The notes under the pieces were generated by a model that was not told the DNA's origin, ran no database searches, and worked only from the letters and a program-made list of their open reading frames with translations. A stretch of 64,000 bases of DNA from Octopus vulgaris (Eukaryota). The stretch is from assembly GCA_951406725.2 (NCBI GenBank), contig OX597820.1:46996001-47060000 (forward strand), in the 5' to 3' direction. The translations under genes and the position numbers were made by a program. Below are positions 56,576 to 64,000 of the stretch, piece by piece (within the stretch, counting starts at the first letter, position 1; each line of letters opens with the position of its first letter).

Positions 56576-57224
56576 TGCAAGAGCAACCTCAATTAATTGC
56601 AGCCTTTAAACTCGCAGCATTACTCGTAAGAAATCCCTTTACTCCGCATAAGTAGAAGTATGTGTCCATTATGTAGTTCATAATGCTAACCTATATATTG
56701 TGTATACTACATACATGGGTACATACACATATGTACATACACGCATGCACGCATATACACACATAAGCATGGACACACACACGTACATACATAATGTACC
56801 AATGTATTAAAATGGGTGTATACATTGCTGTGTGTAGCACTGTCTTGTCAACTGATAATGATTAAGCTTACAATTTATGTGTGTGTGTGTGTGTGTATGT
56901 ATACGTGTGTATGTATGCGTGTGCGTATTGTATGCGTGTGTATGTGTGTGCATTTAATTGAATAATTTTAATAAAAACAATATGCGTATAGAGTCAATGT
57001 AAGTAGAGGCGCACTGGTGTCAGTGCCAGTGTGTATATGGGTGAGTGTATATATGTGCGTGTAAGTGTGTCCATGTGTGTGTGTGTATGTATGTGTGTGT
57101 ATGTATGTGCGTTTGTGTTTCCATTTCTGTATGTGTATATAAGTGTGCGTACATGTATGTGTCTGAGCATTTTAAATCGTTAAAATTTTAACTAGGATAA
57201 CCCGTATTTATAAACTTTCATTGA

Positions 57225-57239
57225 AGTTGAGAGAGCATG

Positions 57240-57276
<37 letters not shown>

Positions 57277-57470
57277 ATGCGTACGTGTGTGTGTACGTTG
57301 AGAGAGTATGTTAATGTTTGTGTGTGTGTATGTATGCGTACGTGTGTGTGTACGTTGAGAGAGTATGTTAGTGTGTGTGTGTGTGTATGTATGCGTACGT
57401 GTGTGTGTACGTTGAGAGAGTATGTTAGTGTGTGTGTGTGTGTGTATCTATGTATGCGTACGCGTGTGTG
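57225..57470. repeat. Minisatellite, unit about 58 bp, 4 copies
   Basis: gttgagagagtatgttagtg(tg)n tatgtatgcgtacgtgtgtgtgtac repeated. Confidence 0.9.
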
Positions 57471-57494
57471 TGAGTGTCTATTTAATCACTTTAC

Positions 57495-57810
57495 CATTTA
57501 CCTTTTACTTGTTTCAATCATTGGACTGCAGTCATGCCAAGGCACTGCTTTGACAAATCGGCCTCAGTATTTGTTTTTATAAGTCTGGTAATTATTCTAT
57601 CGGTCTTTTATGCCGAACCGGTAATTTATGCCTCGTAAGCAAACCAACATCAGTTGTCAAGCAGTGATGGAGGACGAAGACACACTCTCTCTCTCAATCA
57701 CACATACACACACACATATGTACGTATATATGCATAAATACGACGGGCTTCCACACAGTTTCCGCCTGCCAAAATTCACTCAAAAGGCATCCGTTGACCC
57801 AGGATTGTAG
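57495..57810 (-). mobile_element. SINE family A, diverged
   Basis: ttttacttgtttcaatcattggactgc...cgacgggcttccacacagtttccg. Confidence 0.75.
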
Positions 57811-58701
57811 GAAAATCTCCGGGTGGTCGACTTTACTTTTTCTCATTTCAGAGTCGATAAGCAATAAAGTAGTGGTGTTAAGATGGCTTCTTTCTCTCTG
57901 AAAAAAACCCCCAAAAAATCGACTTTGATCAAACCTAAAGAGGGATGAACTTCACTACGTTTTCAAACATTCAAGACACGTTGTATGTCACGAAGATACC
58001 CTTATAACTTCATCAAGATTTGATGTCTCGAGGCAACTATGTCTTCCCGTCTCGTACGATCACTTAGATCTCACCCTGTCTGTCTGTTTCTGTTGTTTCT
58101 CTTTGTCAAACATAAAACTATTGTTCGAAAATAAACTTTGTCACAAGCGTCCTATCTTTCGTGACTTAAGACCAGATCTTCAGATTCACTACTGCTGCCA
58201 ATTTCCATATTAGTCTACGTTAACTGCTTTCTCGTCTCGAAGGACAATGTTAGGGTTACTGTTCTAATATTTAGTGAGGGTTTTGACAGGACTGTACCGG
58301 TACTGAAATGTGTGAAACTATTCTAAATCACTCGAATTTTGACACTTAACCTTGGGGAGTCTTTCCCCTAAACGTATAATGTATATTGTTTTCACCAGAA
58401 CTTTGCACCATATGAAGATACGGCGTCTATGTGTGAATGTATGCATGCATGTATGTATGTATGTATGTATGTATGTATGTATGTATGTATGTATGTATGT
58501 GTTTATGTATGTGCTTATGCATGTATGTATGTTCATACGTGCACATGTACGCGTGCTTTTAGCTTTCTATGTAGGTTTGCAGATGAAGTACGTGTATATT
58601 GCTATCGCTTAAGTGAATCACGTACATCATATACGTACGAATGTATGTGACAGTATTAGCATATTAGTTAGATACAGCCTAAGTATAATTTACGTTCAGC
58701 A

Positions 58702-58755
<54 letters not shown>

Positions 58756-58797
58756 GAATATTTATATGTATATATACTTATGTATGTATAGAAATAA

Positions 58798-58839
<42 letters not shown>

Positions 58840-58901
58840 GTGTATTTATATGTACGTATGCATACATACATATGTATGTAAGTGTGTAAGTATATATATA
58901 C

Positions 58902-58932
<31 letters not shown>

Positions 58933-58965
58933 CATAAATATATATACATATATATATATATATAC

Positions 58966-59032
<67 letters not shown>

Positions 59033-59567
59033 GAAGATTTTTCCTTGTGTAGTTTGTCTTGTACTCTGTTTTTCGTTGTAAAAAAATGGTTTGTTCTACG
59101 CTTGTTTTTCCGTTTTCGTTTCTCGTTGAGTTCTACGTCTACTTGTGGTGTCCTGTACTCACGTATATATATTTATATATGCATGTATATATACATGTTG
59201 GTGTAGGTACGTACATATATGTATGTATGTATGAATATATTTTATTTATTACACTATATATATATACATGCACACAAACACACATGATAGCTTTCTGTGT
59301 CCGTCTACGAAATCCACTCATAAGGTTCAGCCGGTGCGGGCCTATAGAAGTCATATGCCCAAGATGCTATGCAGTCGGACTGAACCTAAAGCTATACAAA
59401 CTCCATGATTTTAGGTATAATTACACCATTTGTCTACAGCAAGAAATTTTCTCCTTGACAAAACACAGTGGATGGTTTCCTTACGGGTTCGAATATGCCT
59501 CAACCATATTTGAACTGGTAATAACCTTGTATTTATACATTTGTGTGTGTGTATGTATGTATGTATA

Positions 59568-59963
59568 TGGCTGTGTGGTAAGTAACTTGCTTACCAACCA
59601 CATGGTTCCGGGTTCAGTCCCACTGCGTGGCATCTTGGGCAAGTGTCTTCTGCTATAGCCCCGGGCCGACCAATGCCTTGTGAGTGGATTTGGCAGACGG
59701 AAACTGAAAGAAGCCTGTCGTATATATATATGTATATATGTATGTGTGTGTATATGTTTGTGTGTCTGTGTGTCCCCCCCCCCCCTAGCATTGCTTGACA
59801 ACCGATGCTGGCGTGTTTACGTCCCCGTCACTTAGCGGTTCGGCAAAAGAGACCGATAGAATAAGAACTGGGCTTACAAAGAATAAGTCCCGGGGTCGAG
59901 ATGCTCGACTAAAGGCGGTGCTCCAGCATGGCTGCAGTCAAATGACTGAAACAAGTAAAAGAG
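59568..59963 (+). mobile_element. SINE family A, full length
   Basis: Complete head, caTcttgggcaag core-like segment, body and tail. Confidence 0.9.
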
Positions 59964-59971
59964 TATATATA

Positions 59972-60174
59972 CAGTAATCCCTCGCCATATCGCGATTCCC
60001 TCACTGAGGTATATCATTTAAGTTTATGTCGATTCCTCCGTGGTTTTGCATTTATAATCAAATAAATATATACAAATTATGAAAATAACAGTACTCTACT
60101 GGTTCTACTTCGCAGATTTTCACCCATCGCAGGTGGTTTTGGAACGTCACGACAACGATAGTCGGAGATTACTG
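59972..60174. mobile_element. pogo/Tigger-like MITE
   Basis: TA-CAGTAATCCCTCG ... ggagATTACTG termini, about 200 bp. Confidence 0.6.
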
Positions 60175-60177
60175 GAT

Positions 60178-60308
60178 CCGTTTATTTCTGCGTTCCTTTC
60201 TGTCGAAGAGCGTAGGCTCGAAACGTAAAAGACTTTCTCACTTCCCAATCGTTAAACTAATACATCTTTTTGTTGTTTACACATCTGTCTTTTGTTTTTT
60301 GTAAATTC

Positions 60309-60313
<5 letters not shown>
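60178..60313 (+). mobile_element. Hammerhead F1 unit
   Basis: CTTT-CTGTCGA-A-GAGC gtag GCTC-GAAA-CG-TA-AAAG at 60196-60231; ends at (TA)n. Confidence 0.8.
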
Positions 60314-60354
<41 letters not shown>

Positions 60355-60358
<4 letters not shown>

Positions 60359-60652
60359 CAAGTGGTTAGGGCAGCGGACTCGCGGTCGTAGGATCGCGAT
60401 TTCGATTTCCAGACCGGGTGTTGTGAGTGTTTATTGAGCGAAAACAGTTAAAAGCTCCACGAGGCTCCAGTAGGGTGTAGCGGGGATCCCTGCTGTACTC
60501 TTTCACCACAACTTTGTCTCACTCTTTCTTCTATTGGCCTGCTCGCTTAGCCAGCGGGGTGGCGTCATTGAAGGCTAAAACAATGCGAAGCGCATTGTGA
60601 CCAGCGATGTGTAGCAACATCCGATGGCCTGGTCGGTCGTGTGATCATGTGA
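60355..60652 (+). mobile_element. SINE family C (tRNA-derived head)
   Basis: TGGCCAAGTGG A box, degenerate B box tttcgatttcc, unique body, (gtgatca)-like tail, within (TA)n. Confidence 0.65.
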
Positions 60653-60921
60653 TATATATATATATATATATAGTTAAATGAGGCAGCTAGTTAACAGAGT
60701 TTCGCCAAAAAGGAAACCAATAAACGTCATTAAATATGACTGAGGGTGTTAGAACAACCCACACTGCTAGAAATAAGAGCTAAATGGCTCTGCTGCTGCT
60801 GTCGACGCACATATAATCGTATACATACATACCTCATTTAATTACTGGTATACACATTAGCGATTAGTATACACGACAGGCTGCCTAATTCACTCACAAG
60901 CTATTGGTCGACCCGAGGTTA

Positions 60922-61161
60922 CACCTATTTCTTTACTACCCACAAGGGGCTAAACACAGAGGGGACAAACAAGGACAGACAAACGGATTAAATCGATTAC
61001 ATCGACCCCAGTGCGTAACTGGTACTTATCTAATCGACCCCGAAAGGATGAAAGGCAAAGTCGACCTCGGCGGAATTTGAACTCAGAACGTAACAGCAGA
61101 CGAAATACGGCTACGCATTTCGCCCGGCGTACTAACGTTTCTGCCAGCTCGCCGCCTTGAA
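60922..61161 (-). mobile_element. SINE family B, intact copy nested in a family A relic
   Basis: Full element flanked by the 11-bp TSD ACCCGAGGTTA (60911-60921 and 61162-61172). Confidence 0.9.
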
Positions 61162-62711
61162 ACCCGAGGTTATACCAGAAGAAACTTGCCGACGGTGGTA
61201 TGGTATGGGATTGAACCCGAAACCTCATGACGGCAAAACGAGCTGCACAAAAACTCTGCCGTATCTTCTAGATACACAGGACTTTCATAAAGCATGCAAC
61301 ATTGGTTTTGTGATATCCTTAGAGTTTCATAATTAGTTTGTCTTTTCATTTTTGCTTTTCTTCTCTCATTTTTTTTGTTTTGTTTTGAAATTGGTCTTGA
61401 AGTCAATGTTACTACTGACGATACTCCAGTAAGGAGTAGAATTTGAACTCTGGCCGCAAAGAGCTGGAACAGATCAACCATGGCATCTTGTATATTGAAC
61501 ACTGAACAACTATTTTATTTACCGACTATGGAAGGATGAAAGGGATTTCAACTCGCTATTTTACTAATGTCTTATACATTGGTTGTCCTGAAATGTTTTT
61601 TTCTCGGACGTGCATATTGTGTGGGTATCAGGTGCCGATGTTATATATATTTGCATATATGCATATTCGTTGGCAGTGTGTGTTAATTAGCTGAAGTGCC
61701 GAAGTACTATACGCGCGTGTGTGTGCGCACGCGTGTGAGCAGATGATGCCTGCGTATGTTTGATAAATATGTATATTTAAACTTGTTTTGTAAATAGTCC
61801 CCGTGGTTAAATAACAGCTTTCTCTGGAGAACAAATCGACCGGCCTCACCTGCTTATTTCTGGCTCATTGGAAGCCTCTATGTCTTTTGCTCTGCAACAG
61901 AAACCAACAGCTGTCACAGTATATTAATTAATTAAAACATACAGCCAACGAACGTAGTGGTATGCAAATGAGTGAAATTGGCACATGTTAGACATAACAT
62001 TTGTCATAAGTAGTTATAAGGTGTATACGCTGTCTCTGTATAGCAAACGGTGGCGACACTCCTGGAGAGCCAGTAATAAACAGGTTAACCTAGTCGTGTT
62101 GTTCGCCGATTGGTCCTGCAGAGAAAACCCTGTGTATTAACCATGGGATCTATTTACACAGCGAGGTTAAATGTCTGTTTATCAAACATTCGCATGTATG
62201 CTTATTTATAATTCATACACAATACAGACAAGCTGTCCTCGTATTTTAATTTATATATATGTATATATGTGTGTACATATGTTGGTGAGTGTGTGTCTGG
62301 GTGTCTATGTATATATGTGTATTTTCACTGTGGGTCGTTCTCAAGATAAATGATGAACACCTACGTTACATTCCAATTCCCTGCAACTCTTTTTTAAAAG
62401 CTATTATTTAATCGCAAGCAACAGATATTTCTCACAACATTTTGTCATTAACCGTACAGAAAAATATCTTCCATGTTGTGCACACAAATAAGGCTTTGAA
62501 TCAGAGATCAATGAAACAGGAAAACTCTGACGAAAACATAATGCGAGTTAAATATAACTGTAAATAGAATAAAATTTGTCCTCTTTTTATATCAACTTTT
62601 TCGCAAAGGAACTCTGCTTTCGCTGCATAGCTTCATAAGCAAATTTGTTTCACAGGAGCTATGAATTAGCAATGAATTTCTCTCTCTCTCTCTCTCTCTT
62701 TATGCATGTAC

Positions 62712-62783
<72 letters not shown>

Positions 62784-62800
62784 ATATGTATATATCTCCT

Positions 62801-62835
62801 CTTCCTGATGAAGAACCATGCTCGAAACGTTATAC
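62801..62835 (+). ncRNA. Hammerhead F2-like motif, degenerate
   Basis: CTGATGA-A-GAAC cat GCTC-GAAA-CG-TT; stem I not intact. Confidence 0.5.
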
Positions 62836-62916
62836 ACACCCACTCTTTTTTCCATCTTTTGTTATTTTATGGTTTTGTTATTTTATTTTCGATTTGCCAA
62901 TATGTATGTATGTATG

Positions 62917-62950
<34 letters not shown>

Positions 62951-63419
62951 TGTATGTATATGTCTGTTTGTATGTATCGACTGTTTGTTTAATTTTGTCA
63001 AACGGTAAATCATTTGTTTTGTTTTTGTTTCTCAAAACTCTTTCGTTGCTACTTGCAACCTTTTCAATGACTTTCCCGCAAAAAATATATATATAAACTA
63101 GCGGAAGCTTCGAAGTTACTGTCAGTACCGTTCTTCTTAAAGAATAATCATTTTTTACTCTACTAAATGTATTGAGTAATCATTAAGTTTAATGTAAACT
63201 GGGCATTTTTTTTTTGGCTATAACATAAAGACAAACGAGAGCTACAGGGTTCGATACCCTGTAGAGGGATCACTTTTCCAGTCTCCTTAGAGTACTTCCC
63301 CGATTTTCTCAGCTGTTTCCACAGCCATTCTGCGTTCGAGAATCCCTTTCTTTTCTGTAGAATAGTAACTCACTAAACGCTTCACGTACTAAGTTCAAAT
63401 TCTGCTAAAATTAACTTAT

Positions 63420-63920
<501 letters not shown>

Positions 63921-63929
63921 ATTTATATA

Positions 63930-64000
63930 GGCGCGGGCGTGGCTGTGTGGTAAGAAACTTGCTTCCCAACCATATGGTTCCGTGTTCAGTCCCATGGTGT
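63930..64000 (+). mobile_element. SINE family A head at the window edge
   Basis: ggcgtggctgtgtggtaagaa...gttcagtccc. Confidence 0.8.

Overview
AT-rich, extremely microsatellite-dense animal DNA; the SINE and simple-repeat repertoire looks like an octopus/cephalopod genome (inference, not tested by search). Almost all ORFs in the track are translations of (TA)n, (CA)n, (TATG)n, (GATA)n, (AAT)n and (GGT)n tracts. The window holds more than 30 tRNA-derived SINE copies, decayed Tc1/mariner, maT (DD37D), hAT and pogo-like elements and MITEs, a LINE RT relic, a Dong/R4-like 3' end in (TAA)n, and two Penelope-like (GIY-YIG) relics. One probable host feature was found: a TATA/Inr promoter and a signal-peptide first coding exon (37314-37374). 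The main unannotated signal is about 20 type-I hammerhead ribozyme motifs from about 11 sequence families, read by eye. They sit in short non-coding Penelope-pLTR or retrozyme-like units, mostly abutting (TA)n tracts. Most families have their own palindromic stem III, core variants recur (A6U, U4C), one family is fused to a tRNA-like Pol III head, and in one case an inverted copy starts at the predicted cleavage site. All folds and coordinates are manual and approximate, and ribozyme activity is untested.
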